A stretch of 32,000 bases of DNA from assembly GCF_001945605.1 (NCBI RefSeq), contig NZ_MPKA01000060.1, forward strand, positions 25,131-57,130, given 5' to 3'. The stretch's first letter is position 1; each line of letters opens with the position of its first letter. The position numbers were made by a program, and so were the translations under genes. Of this stretch, positions 17,849 to 26,008 are shown piece after piece. The stretch comes from Dubosiella newyorkensis (GTDB taxonomy: Bacteria; Bacillota_I; Bacilli_A; Erysipelotrichales; Erysipelotrichaceae). The notes beneath the pieces were generated by a model. It saw only the letters and a program-made list of their open reading frames with translations, was not told the origin of the DNA and searched no databases.

Positions 17849-18463
17849 ATGAAATTGATTAAATTTGGAAGTGCTGCTTTGGCCGCTACTATGGCTTTCA
17901 GCGCTGCCCCTGTTTTCGCAGCAGACAACAGTCCAATTCAAGGCGATGTTAATAAAAGACCTGGCGTTACTGAAGCGACAGTAGATGGCATTAAAATCGA
18001 AGTGACTGATAGCGCGATCACAGACGAAAAAGTATTAGAAGTTGTTAACGACGAACAAAAAGTTAAAGATATTTTGAAAGAAAACGGTTATAAAGTACCT
18101 ACTGGAGCAACTGTCGTTGTTCTTGGCGAAGGGGACTATAACTACGAAGTAAACGGAAAACCTGAAGAATTGAAAAAAGCCGTTGAAATGTCTTTCGACG
18201 CTGCTACCCTTGCAGCGAAAGATGGAGACCAAGTCTTTGTTCTTCACTTGAAACACGATGGTAAATGGGAAGTAATCTCTGCCGTTGTTGAAAAAGGCAT
18301 CATCAAAGTGACTTTGGATGGTCTTTCTCCAGTTGCGTTCTACAAAGTTGTAGATGAAAAGACTGGTAAAGTCGTTGAAATCACGAAAGAAGAAGCAGCT
18401 AAAGCTGGTGTTAACACAACGACAGCTAAGGTTGAAAAGAAATCTCCTAACACTGGAATCTAA
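17849..18463 (+). CDS. Small secreted protein of unknown function (Sec signal peptide)
   Basis: The N-terminus MKLIKFGSAALAATMAFSAAPVFA|AD looks like a signal peptide with an AxA cleavage site. It has its own promoter, a purine-rich RBS (GAAAGGAAG) and a strong terminator. The C-terminus ends ...KKSPNTGI. Confidence 0.8.
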   Translation: MKLIKFGSAALAATMAFSAAPVFAADNSPIQGDVNKRPGVTEATVDGIKIEVTDSAITDEKVLEVVNDEQKVKDILKENGYKVPTGATVVVLGEGDYNYEVNGKPEELKKAVEMSFDAATLAAKDGDQVFVLHLKHDGKWEVISAVVEKGIIKVTLDGLSPVAFYKVVDEKTGKVVEITKEEAAKAGVNTTTAKVEKKSPNTGI

Positions 18464-18520
18464 TTATTCTAGTTCACAAAATTTAAGCTTAAATTTATGT
18501 ACTCTGTGAATGTCCAAATA

Positions 18521-18552
18521 GTCGATCGATGAGAGTCGGTCGGCTTTTTTTT
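18521..18552 (+). terminator. Rho-independent terminator
   Basis: 9-bp stem GTCGATCGA / TCGGTCGGC (two G-U pairs), loop TGAGAG, then T8. Confidence 0.7.
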
Positions 18553-18574
18553 CAGAGTTGGAAAGGAAGAGACT

Positions 18575-19597
18575 ATGCGTCGTTTTAAAAAGATCATGAT
18601 TGGCGTTCTCATCGTCTTGTTGCTGATCGTATGGGGTGTTGGGGGCACTTATTTTTATTTGAACTATAAGGGTCAAAAACAGCTCAAGGAAAGCGAAGTA
18701 CAGGATCGGGAAGGGACGTATATCACTTATCAAGGGAAAGAGTATCGGTATAATGACGATATGATCAATATCCTTTTTATGGGGATCGATAAAAAGGGTG
18801 GTATTGAAGAAGAGGTCGCGCCTGGTGTTCAAGGTCTGGCGGATTCGATCTTGCTCGTTTCTTTGGATACGACGAATGATAATTTGTTTATGTGGGCGAT
18901 TCCGCGGGATACGATGGCTCAGCTAAGAAGAACGGATGAGGCGGGTAATTTTGCGGAACCTTTTGAAGATAAGATCACGCTTCAATATGGGTATGGAAAT
19001 GGGGCTCAGGAAAGCTGCGAGCTGATGGAGGTGGCTGTTTCCAACTTGTTGTTCAAATTGCCTATTCAGCGTTATGTTTCGATCAATATGGATGCGGTTC
19101 CAATCGTGAATGATGCGGTTGGTGGAGTGAGCTTGACGGCTTTGGAAACGGTCGCCAATTCAAAGGGGATCTATTTTAATGAAGGAGACCAAGTTCATTT
19201 GATGGGTCAAGATGCCTTGAATTATATTCAAATTCGTGATATCAATCAGATTGGAAGCGCAATGGGACGTTTGAATCGTCAAAAACAGTATGTGGATGCT
19301 TTTTATCATCAAGCTTTGCAGGCTGTCAAACAAAACATTGGTCTCCCTGTTACCCTGTATAATGAATTAAAACCATATATGTATACGAATCTAACATTAG
19401 AGGATGTAACATATTTAGGAACGGAGTTTTTACAGACCCACTTTTCTATGGAGAATTTAAAGCAGATTCCTGGAGAAGCGGTTTATGATGAAAACTATCA
19501 TGGGGGAAGGACGGTATTCCGGGTAAATTATGATGAGCTTCAAAAGGAGATCATCGATACGTATTATACGGAAGTGAAAGAGGATAATGAGGAATAA
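18575..19597 (+). CDS. LytR-CpsA-Psr (LCP) family glycopolymer-peptidoglycan ligase
   Basis: N-terminal TM anchor, INILFMGIDKKG, ADSILLVSLD, and WAIPRDT, as in LCP proteins. Confidence 0.85.
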   Translation: MRRFKKIMIGVLIVLLLIVWGVGGTYFYLNYKGQKQLKESEVQDREGTYITYQGKEYRYNDDMINILFMGIDKKGGIEEEVAPGVQGLADSILLVSLDTTNDNLFMWAIPRDTMAQLRRTDEAGNFAEPFEDKITLQYGYGNGAQESCELMEVAVSNLLFKLPIQRYVSINMDAVPIVNDAVGGVSLTALETVANSKGIYFNEGDQVHLMGQDALNYIQIRDINQIGSAMGRLNRQKQYVDAFYHQALQAVKQNIGLPVTLYNELKPYMYTNLTLEDVTYLGTEFLQTHFSMENLKQIPGEAVYDENYHGGRTVFRVNYDELQKEIIDTYYTEVKEDNEE

Positions 19598-19625
19598 GGG
19601 GTTGTATTTTGTACCCCTTTTTTTA
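19596..19625 (+). terminator. Rho-independent terminator after the LCP gene
   Basis: Stem AAGGGGT (19596-19602) / ACCCCTT (19613-19619), 10-nt loop, followed by a T-run. Confidence 0.65.
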
Positions 19626-19758
19626 TTTTCTCATATAGATTTATTCTTATATTTTATAATCATGCTTTTGTTTGAACTTGTCATAGAACATAACAATTTA
19701 GTTGAAATGCTTTTGAATTATGTATTATGGTTAATAAGAAAGAAGAAAGGTATTTATT

Positions 19759-20814
19759 ATGAAGTCAATGGACCGTGAAGTAAATGAATTAGATTTTATA
19801 AATATAGTTTCCACAATAGGGGTTGTGTTTTTACATGTTAATAACTGTTTTTGGTCTTTTTCATCTACAGAAAGATATTGGGCAACAGCTAATGTGATTG
19901 AAAGTGTTTTTTATTTTGCGGTTCCTTTATTTTTTATGTTGTGTGGAGTTACTTTGATTGATTATAGATATAAGTATTCAACAAGAGACTATATTAAAAA
20001 ACGATTTATAAAAGTTTTTATTCCTTATATTTTCTGGAGTATTATCGGTATTATATGGACACATCTTATATTCTCTACAAATCAGGGAGTGTTTAAGATA
20101 TCTTTAAAAGAATTTATAAATTTATTACTTAGTGGTAATGGAATCAGATATTTTTGGTTCTTTATACCTTTGTTTATGATTTACATCTCAATCCCCTTTA
20201 TAGCATTTCTAGAGCAGGATAAAAAACTAACAGTATTTAAGATTTATATCCTTTTTTATATAGTAATGAATGCTGCTCTTCCTTTTTTTAATAATGTGTT
20301 TCAGTTAGGCTTGAATTTGACTCAGTGGAGAATTCCGATTTTAGAAGGTTTTATGGTTTATCCTTTACTTGGATATGTGATCAACAATATTCAACTAACA
20401 AAAAGGTTTAGACATATAATTTATTTTATTGGCTTGTTTTCATTAATATTAATTATTTTTGGGACCTATTATGAATCAATTAAGATCAATGCAATCAATG
20501 AAATTTTCAAAGGTTATTTAAATTTACCATGCATTTTATATTCTTTATCAATGTTTTGCTTTTTAAGAGAAATATTTCCAAAAATTAAGAATAATAAAAT
20601 GGTTTATTTATTTATAAAATGGTTACGTCCATATACATTTAGCATATTTTTAATTCACTTTTTCTTTTTAGATAGTATTGAACGTTTCCTAAGTATTGAC
20701 CAGCGCTCTATTATATATCGATTAATAGGTCCATTTGTAGTGATAATATTATCGGTATGTTTTGCTTATATAATTCGATTGTTTAAATATGGTAAATTTA
20801 TTCTCCCAAAATAA
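19759..20814 (+). CDS. Acyltransferase-3 family membrane protein (putative glycan O-acetyltransferase, OafA/WecH-like)
   Basis: 351 aa with about 10 hydrophobic helices. The N-terminal LDFINIVSTIGVVFLHV segment resembles the Acyl_transf_3 signature. Confidence 0.75.
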   Translation: MKSMDREVNELDFINIVSTIGVVFLHVNNCFWSFSSTERYWATANVIESVFYFAVPLFFMLCGVTLIDYRYKYSTRDYIKKRFIKVFIPYIFWSIIGIIWTHLIFSTNQGVFKISLKEFINLLLSGNGIRYFWFFIPLFMIYISIPFIAFLEQDKKLTVFKIYILFYIVMNAALPFFNNVFQLGLNLTQWRIPILEGFMVYPLLGYVINNIQLTKRFRHIIYFIGLFSLILIIFGTYYESIKINAINEIFKGYLNLPCILYSLSMFCFLREIFPKIKNNKMVYLFIKWLRPYTFSIFLIHFFFLDSIERFLSIDQRSIIYRLIGPFVVIILSVCFAYIIRLFKYGKFILPK

Positions 20815-20936
20815 TTTGATAAAATTTTGGAAATTTAATTATAGAATGGTTTAGATTATTTTAAATAATTTGTTTAGAGTTGTTTTTTTTAATGAAAACG
20901 AAATCTTGTTTTTATATGAATCAAAAGGAGAATTGA

Positions 20937-21713
20937 ATGAAAGTAGTAATTTTAGCTGGTGGATTTGGAACGAGAATTAGTGAAGAGTCGTATTTGAAAC
21001 CCAAACCGATGATTGAAATAGGCGAAAAACCGATTTTATGGCATATTATGAAGTACTTTTCGCATTTTGGTTTTAATGAGTTTATTATTTGTTTAGGATA
21101 TAAAGCTCATAAAGTTAAAGAATTTTTTGATGATTATTATTTGTATACATCCGATATAGAATACGATTTTATTAATGGAGAAAAAAAAGTTCTTTCGAAT
21201 ACGGCTGAACCTTGGAAAGTAACATTAATTGATACTGGTCTTCATACTATGACTGGCGGAAGGTTAAAGAGAGTCAAAGATTATATTGGAGATGAGCCGT
21301 TTATCATGACTTATGGAGATGGTGTGGCAGATGTTGATCTTTTAGATTTGATTGATTTCCATAAAAAAGGGAATCGTTTAGCCACAATAACAGCTGTTCA
21401 ACCTGGAGGTCGTTTTGGGGTGCTTGATTTAGCTAAAGATGGTCAAATCAAACGTTTTCGAGAGAAATCGGTAGAAGATGGTGGATGGATCAATGGTGGT
21501 TTTATGGTTCTAGAACCTCAGGTGCTTGATTATATTGATGGAGATAAAACGACATTTGAAAGAGAACCTTTAGAAACAATTGCTAGCGAAGGGAATCTAG
21601 ATGCTTATAAACATTATGGATTTTGGCAATGTATGGATACGATGAAAGATAAACAGCAATTGGAAGAACTGTTTGAAAAAGGAGAAGCCCCATGGAAAGT
21701 TTGGCAGGATTAA
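20937..21713 (+). CDS. rfbF: Glucose-1-phosphate cytidylyltransferase
   Basis: MKVVILAGGFGTRISEESYLKPKPMIEIGEKPILWHIMKYFSHFGFNEFIICLGYK matches the RfbF/DdhA N-terminus as I remember it. AAAGGAG RBS. Confidence 0.9.
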   Translation: MKVVILAGGFGTRISEESYLKPKPMIEIGEKPILWHIMKYFSHFGFNEFIICLGYKAHKVKEFFDDYYLYTSDIEYDFINGEKKVLSNTAEPWKVTLIDTGLHTMTGGRLKRVKDYIGDEPFIMTYGDGVADVDLLDLIDFHKKGNRLATITAVQPGGRFGVLDLAKDGQIKRFREKSVEDGGWINGGFMVLEPQVLDYIDGDKTTFEREPLETIASEGNLDAYKHYGFWQCMDTMKDKQQLEELFEKGEAPWKVWQD

Positions 21714-22759
21714 AAAATTTTTATAAAGGAAAAAAAGTTCTTTTGACAGGACATACAGGATTCAAAGGATCTTGGTTATGTGCGATCCTTCATTATTTTG
21801 GTGCGCAAGTCGTTGGAGTTTCGTTAAAGCCAAATACTGTTCCTTCTCTTTATGAGGTTGGAAATATAGACTCTCTTGTTTATTCTTATATTTGTGATAT
21901 TCGGAATTTAAAGGAATTACAGGAAATATTTGAAAGAGAACAACCGGAAATCGTTTTTCATTTGGCTGCTCAACCTATAGTGCTTGATTCATATACTGAT
22001 CCTGTCTATACATATGAAACGAATGTGATGGGAACTGTTCATGTTTTGGAGTGTATTCGAAAAACATCAAGTGTGAAATCTTTTGTCAATGTTACGACTG
22101 ATAAAGTCTATCAAAATAAAGAATGGGAATGGGGATATCGTGAAATTGATCGATTGAATGGATATGATCCATATTCGAACAGTAAATCATGTTCTGAATT
22201 AGTTACTGACTCATATACTAAGTCTTTCCTGAATGATTTAGGAATCATTGTTTCGACTGCTCGGGCTGGAAATGTGATTGGCGGAGGTGATTTTGCTAAT
22301 TTCAGAATTATTCCAGATTGTGTGCGGGCCATGGAGGAAGGAAAGGAGATCGAAGTTCGAAATCCAAATTCCACTCGTCCGTATCAACATGTTTTGGAGC
22401 CCTTATTTGCATATTTAATGATTGCGCAATCCCAATATATGGATGCCGATAAAGCGGGAAATTACAATATTGGTCCTGATGAAACGGATTGTATCACAAC
22501 TGGAGAATTGGCAACGATTTTCTGTGAAGAATGGAGAGATGGAGCTAAATGGCATGCGATTGATTATAACGCTCCACATGAAGCAAACTTTTTAAAATTG
22601 GACTGCTCAAAATTAAAAACCACGTTCGGGTGGAAGCCAAGATGGAATGTCAGAGAAGCGGTTCGAAAAACGGTAGAATGGTCTAAGTCGTATTTTGCAG
22701 GTGAAAATGTATTAGACACTATGCAAAAGCAGATTAAAGAATATATGAAGGAGGAATAA
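21692..22759 (+). CDS. rfbG: CDP-glucose 4,6-dehydratase
   Basis: KKVLLTGHTGFKGSWL, a YSNSK (YxxxK) catalytic motif, and a length of 355 aa. AAGGAG lies 7 nt upstream of the ATG. 22-nt overlap with rfbF. Confidence 0.9.
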   Translation: MESLAGLKNFYKGKKVLLTGHTGFKGSWLCAILHYFGAQVVGVSLKPNTVPSLYEVGNIDSLVYSYICDIRNLKELQEIFEREQPEIVFHLAAQPIVLDSYTDPVYTYETNVMGTVHVLECIRKTSSVKSFVNVTTDKVYQNKEWEWGYREIDRLNGYDPYSNSKSCSELVTDSYTKSFLNDLGIIVSTARAGNVIGGGDFANFRIIPDCVRAMEEGKEIEVRNPNSTRPYQHVLEPLFAYLMIAQSQYMDADKAGNYNIGPDETDCITTGELATIFCEEWRDGAKWHAIDYNAPHEANFLKLDCSKLKTTFGWKPRWNVREAVRKTVEWSKSYFAGENVLDTMQKQIKEYMKEE

Positions 22760-22762
22760 TAA

Positions 22763-24106
22763 ATGTTTAAGAATAAAACAGAACAGGAAGCAAGAGCGGA
22801 AATTCTTCAATTGGTTAGTGAGTATTGTGATGCTTTTCATAATCAAAATAAGGAATATCAGGAAGGAGATCGAATTCCTTATGCTTCTCGTGTTTATGAT
22901 CATGATGAAATGGTCAACTTAGTCGATAGTTCCTTAGATTTCTGGTTGACTTCTGGTCGTTATACAGATGAATTCGAAAAGAAACTAGCAGAGTATTTAA
23001 ATGTACGATTCTGTTCATTGGTCAATTCGGGATCAAGCGCAAACTTGCTTGCCTTCATGACGTTGACATCTCCTCTTTTGGGAGAGCGTCGTGTAAAACG
23101 CGGAGATGAAGTAATTACAGTTGCGGCAGGTTTTCCAACGACTGTGACTCCAATGATCCAATATGGAGCGGTGCCAGTTTTTGTTGACGTTACGATTCCT
23201 CAATACAACATTGATGTGACAAAGCTTGAAGAAGCGTTAAGTCCGAAAACAAAAGCGGTTATGATTGCCCATACCCTAGGAAATCCTTTTGATTTAAAGG
23301 CGGTAAAAGAATTCTGTAAAAAGAATAATTTATGGCTAATTGAAGATAACTGTGATGCTTTAGGATCTACTTATACGATCGATGGAGTAACCAAGCAAAC
23401 TGGGACGATTGGCGATATCGGAACATCAAGTTTTTATCCACCACACCATATGACGATGGGTGAAGGTGGAGCTGTTTATACAAACAATCCGGTTTTAAAT
23501 AAAATTGCCCGTTCTTTCCGGGACTGGGGAAGAGATTGCGTTTGTAATCCGGGACAAGATAATATGTGTGAACATCGGTTTGATCGTCAATATGGAGAGC
23601 TTCCATTAGGATATGACCATAAATATGTATATTCCCACTTTGGATATAACTTAAAAGCAACTGATATGCAGGCAGCAATTGGGTGTGCACAGCTTGAAAA
23701 ATTTCCGTCTTTCGTTGAAAAAAGAAAAGAGAATTTTAGAAGAATGCGCTCTCAATTGGAAGGGCTTGAAGAATATTTGATTTTACCTGAAGCGGCTGAG
23801 AATTCTGATCCAAGTTGGTTTGGCTTTTTGATCACATGCAAAGAAGGCGTTGATCGTAATGCGCTCGTTCAATATATCGAAGATCATGGTGTGCAGACAC
23901 GAATGCTTTTTGCAGGAAACTTAACCAAGCATCCTTGCTTTGATGAAATGCGTAAGAATAAAGAAGGATACCGTATTATTGGTGATTTGACAAATACCGA
24001 TCGAATCATGAACGAATCGTTCTGGGTAGGATTGTATCCTGGCATGTCAGAAAAGAAAATCGATTACATGGCGAAAGTAATTAGAAACTATTTTGAAGAA
24101 AACTAA
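22763..24106 (+). CDS. rfbH: CDP-4-keto-6-deoxy-D-glucose 3-dehydrase (E1; DegT/DnrJ/EryC1 fold, PMP and Fe-S dependent)
   Basis: GDEVITVAAGFPTTV. FYPPHHMTMGEGG has His where aminotransferases of this fold carry the Schiff-base Lys. DNCDALG...DCVCNPGQDNMCEHRF reproduces the C-x57-C-x1-C-x7-C [2Fe-2S] pattern of E1. SDPSWFGF is also present. Confidence 0.88.
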   Translation: MFKNKTEQEARAEILQLVSEYCDAFHNQNKEYQEGDRIPYASRVYDHDEMVNLVDSSLDFWLTSGRYTDEFEKKLAEYLNVRFCSLVNSGSSANLLAFMTLTSPLLGERRVKRGDEVITVAAGFPTTVTPMIQYGAVPVFVDVTIPQYNIDVTKLEEALSPKTKAVMIAHTLGNPFDLKAVKEFCKKNNLWLIEDNCDALGSTYTIDGVTKQTGTIGDIGTSSFYPPHHMTMGEGGAVYTNNPVLNKIARSFRDWGRDCVCNPGQDNMCEHRFDRQYGELPLGYDHKYVYSHFGYNLKATDMQAAIGCAQLEKFPSFVEKRKENFRRMRSQLEGLEEYLILPEAAENSDPSWFGFLITCKEGVDRNALVQYIEDHGVQTRMLFAGNLTKHPCFDEMRKNKEGYRIIGDLTNTDRIMNESFWVGLYPGMSEKKIDYMAKVIRNYFEEN

Positions 24107-24142
24107 CTTCAAAATAGTTTTCGTTTTGTAATGAGGAAATTT

Positions 24143-25066
24143 ATGAAGAAACAAAAAGCTATTATTACCGGTGGGACCGGGATGATTGGAATTGCATTGA
24201 TTCGATGTTTATTAACAAACGATATAGATGTAACTGTCATTGTAAATCCAAATTCCAATCGTCAATCCGTTTTAAACCAGTTTAACACGATTAAAATCGT
24301 ACAAAAAGATATAAGTCATTTGAAAGAACTAGGTGATGTCTTACCTCATGATTATACGTACTTCTTCCACTTAGCGTGGATGGGGACATTTGGTGATTCT
24401 AGAAATGACATGTATCTGCAAACAAAAAATATTGAATATACTTTAGATGCAGTTAATTTAGCTAAGGCATTAGGATGTGAAGTGTTTTTAGGGACAGGAT
24501 CTCAAGCTGAATATGGACCGGTAAAGGAAAAAATGAGTGCAGAAACTCCAACCAATCCTGTCACAGGATATGGAATCGCAAAATTATGTGCAAATAGAAT
24601 GAGTCGGATATATGCTCAATCTCTAGGACTTCGCCATATATGGGTTAGAGTATTGAGTGTATTTGGTCCATACGATGGTCAGGGAACAATGGTTATGTCA
24701 GGGTTGAAGAATATGTTAGCCGGGCATGAAGGAAAATATACCAAAGGCGAACAAATGTGGGACTATCTTTATTGTGAGGATGCGGCTCAAGCGCTTTATA
24801 AGGCAGCAAAAAAAGGAAAAGACGGAAAAATCTATCCATTGGGAAGCGGTGAAGTAAAGCCTTTGAAAGAATATATTGAAATCATGAGGGATAATGTAGA
24901 TCCCAATCTTTCATTAGATTTTGGCAGTGTTCCTTATTATCCTAATCAAGTCATGTATATGTGCGCTGATATTGAGGATTTAAAAAAAGATACTGGATTT
25001 GAGCCTGAACATACATTTGATGAAGGCATAAAAAAGACAATTCAATGGATCAAGGAAGGTGATTAA
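24143..25066 (+). CDS. Extended SDR, CDP-paratose/CDP-abequose synthase-like 4-ketoreductase
   Basis: Rossmann motif ITGGTGMIG, catalytic YGIAK (YxxxK), and a C-terminal VMYMCADIEDLKKDTGF segment that recalls RfbS/RfbJ. It sits directly after rfbH. GAGGA lies 5 nt before the ATG at 24143; the track start at 24131 is less likely. The stereochemistry of the product is not decidable from sequence. Confidence 0.7.
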   Translation: MKKQKAIITGGTGMIGIALIRCLLTNDIDVTVIVNPNSNRQSVLNQFNTIKIVQKDISHLKELGDVLPHDYTYFFHLAWMGTFGDSRNDMYLQTKNIEYTLDAVNLAKALGCEVFLGTGSQAEYGPVKEKMSAETPTNPVTGYGIAKLCANRMSRIYAQSLGLRHIWVRVLSVFGPYDGQGTMVMSGLKNMLAGHEGKYTKGEQMWDYLYCEDAAQALYKAAKKGKDGKIYPLGSGEVKPLKEYIEIMRDNVDPNLSLDFGSVPYYPNQVMYMCADIEDLKKDTGFEPEHTFDEGIKKTIQWIKEGD

Positions 25067-25999
25067 ATGAAAAAAATCAGTGTTTTGGTTCCTTGTTATA
25101 ACGAAGAAGAAAATGTCATACCAATGAGTGAGGCGTTGACAGTGTTGTTCAGAGAACAATTGCCTCAATATGATTATGAAGTTGTCTTCATTGACAACTG
25201 TTCGACAGATACAACTCGAGAAAAATTAAAAATGATATGTCGAGGGGATTCAAAAATCAAAGCAATATTAAACGCAAAAAATTTTGGCCAGTTTAATTCA
25301 CCTTATTATGGCATGCTTCAAACGACAGGAGATTGTGTAATTTGTTTATGCTGTGATTTTCAAGATCCTGTTGAACTTATTCCAAAGTTTATAGAAGAAT
25401 GGGAAAAGGGATATAAAATCGTTTGTGGTGTAAAAACACAAAGTGAAGAGAATAAATTCGTTCGCTTTTTAAGAACTTGTTATTATAAAGCAATCAAAAA
25501 AATGTCGGATGTAGAACAAATTGAACATTTTACAGGATTTGGTCTTTATGATCGCTCTTTCATTGAAGTTTTAAGGGATTTAAAAGATCCAACTCCATTT
25601 TTAAGAGGAATCGTTGCAGAATTGGGACCTAAAAGGAAAGATATTCCTTATACCCAAGCAAAACGCCGAGCCGGAAAAACTCATAATAACTGGTATAGTT
25701 TGTATGATGCTGCCATGTTGAGCTTTACATCGTATACAAAGATTGGATTGCGTATCGCTACTATCGGGGGCTTTATTATTTCGATGATCAGCTTTTTGAT
25801 TGCGATCGTTTATCTCATTTTAAAGCTCATTCATTGGAATACATTCCAAGCGGGGATCGCACCGATTCTTTTAGGAATATTCTTCTTTGGATCATTGCAG
25901 CTTTTCTTTATTGGACTGGTTGGAGAATATATCATGAGTATGAACACTCGGATCATGAATCGACCTCTTGTGGTGGAAGAAGAGAGGCTGAACTTTTAA
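25067..25999 (+). CDS. GT2 polyprenyl-phosphate glycosyltransferase (GtrB/CsbB/ArnC/DPM1-like)
   Basis: VLVPCYNEEENV, FIDNCSTD, and CDFQDPVELIP (a DxD-type motif). Two C-terminal TM helices end in GEYIMSMNTRIMNRP, the hallmark of lipid-phosphate sugar synthases. Confidence 0.85.
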   Translation: MKKISVLVPCYNEEENVIPMSEALTVLFREQLPQYDYEVVFIDNCSTDTTREKLKMICRGDSKIKAILNAKNFGQFNSPYYGMLQTTGDCVICLCCDFQDPVELIPKFIEEWEKGYKIVCGVKTQSEENKFVRFLRTCYYKAIKKMSDVEQIEHFTGFGLYDRSFIEVLRDLKDPTPFLRGIVAELGPKRKDIPYTQAKRRAGKTHNNWYSLYDAAMLSFTSYTKIGLRIATIGGFIISMISFLIAIVYLILKLIHWNTFQAGIAPILLGIFFFGSLQLFFIGLVGEYIMSMNTRIMNRPLVVEEERLNF

Positions 26000-26008
26000 G
26001 GAGATGCT

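Noticed and set aside
18443-18463. C-terminal SPNTG in the secreted protein, resembling an (S/P)PxTG sortase motif
   Set aside because: Only one residue follows the motif before the stop codon. None of the three downstream frames encodes the hydrophobic segment plus basic tail that a cell-wall sorting signal requires. I therefore do not call it a sortase substrate.
19587-19778. 63-aa hydrophobic ORF in the AT-rich gap at the island edge
   Set aside because: It starts inside the LCP stop region, reads straight through the LCP terminator hairpin, and has no RBS. AT-rich DNA readily yields Phe/Leu/Ile-rich pseudo-ORFs.
20816-20845. TTGATA-18-TATAGA promoter-like match upstream of rfbF
   Set aside because: The region is so AT-rich that such matches occur by chance. 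The spacing is suboptimal and there is no supporting terminator upstream. I left it out of the feature list.
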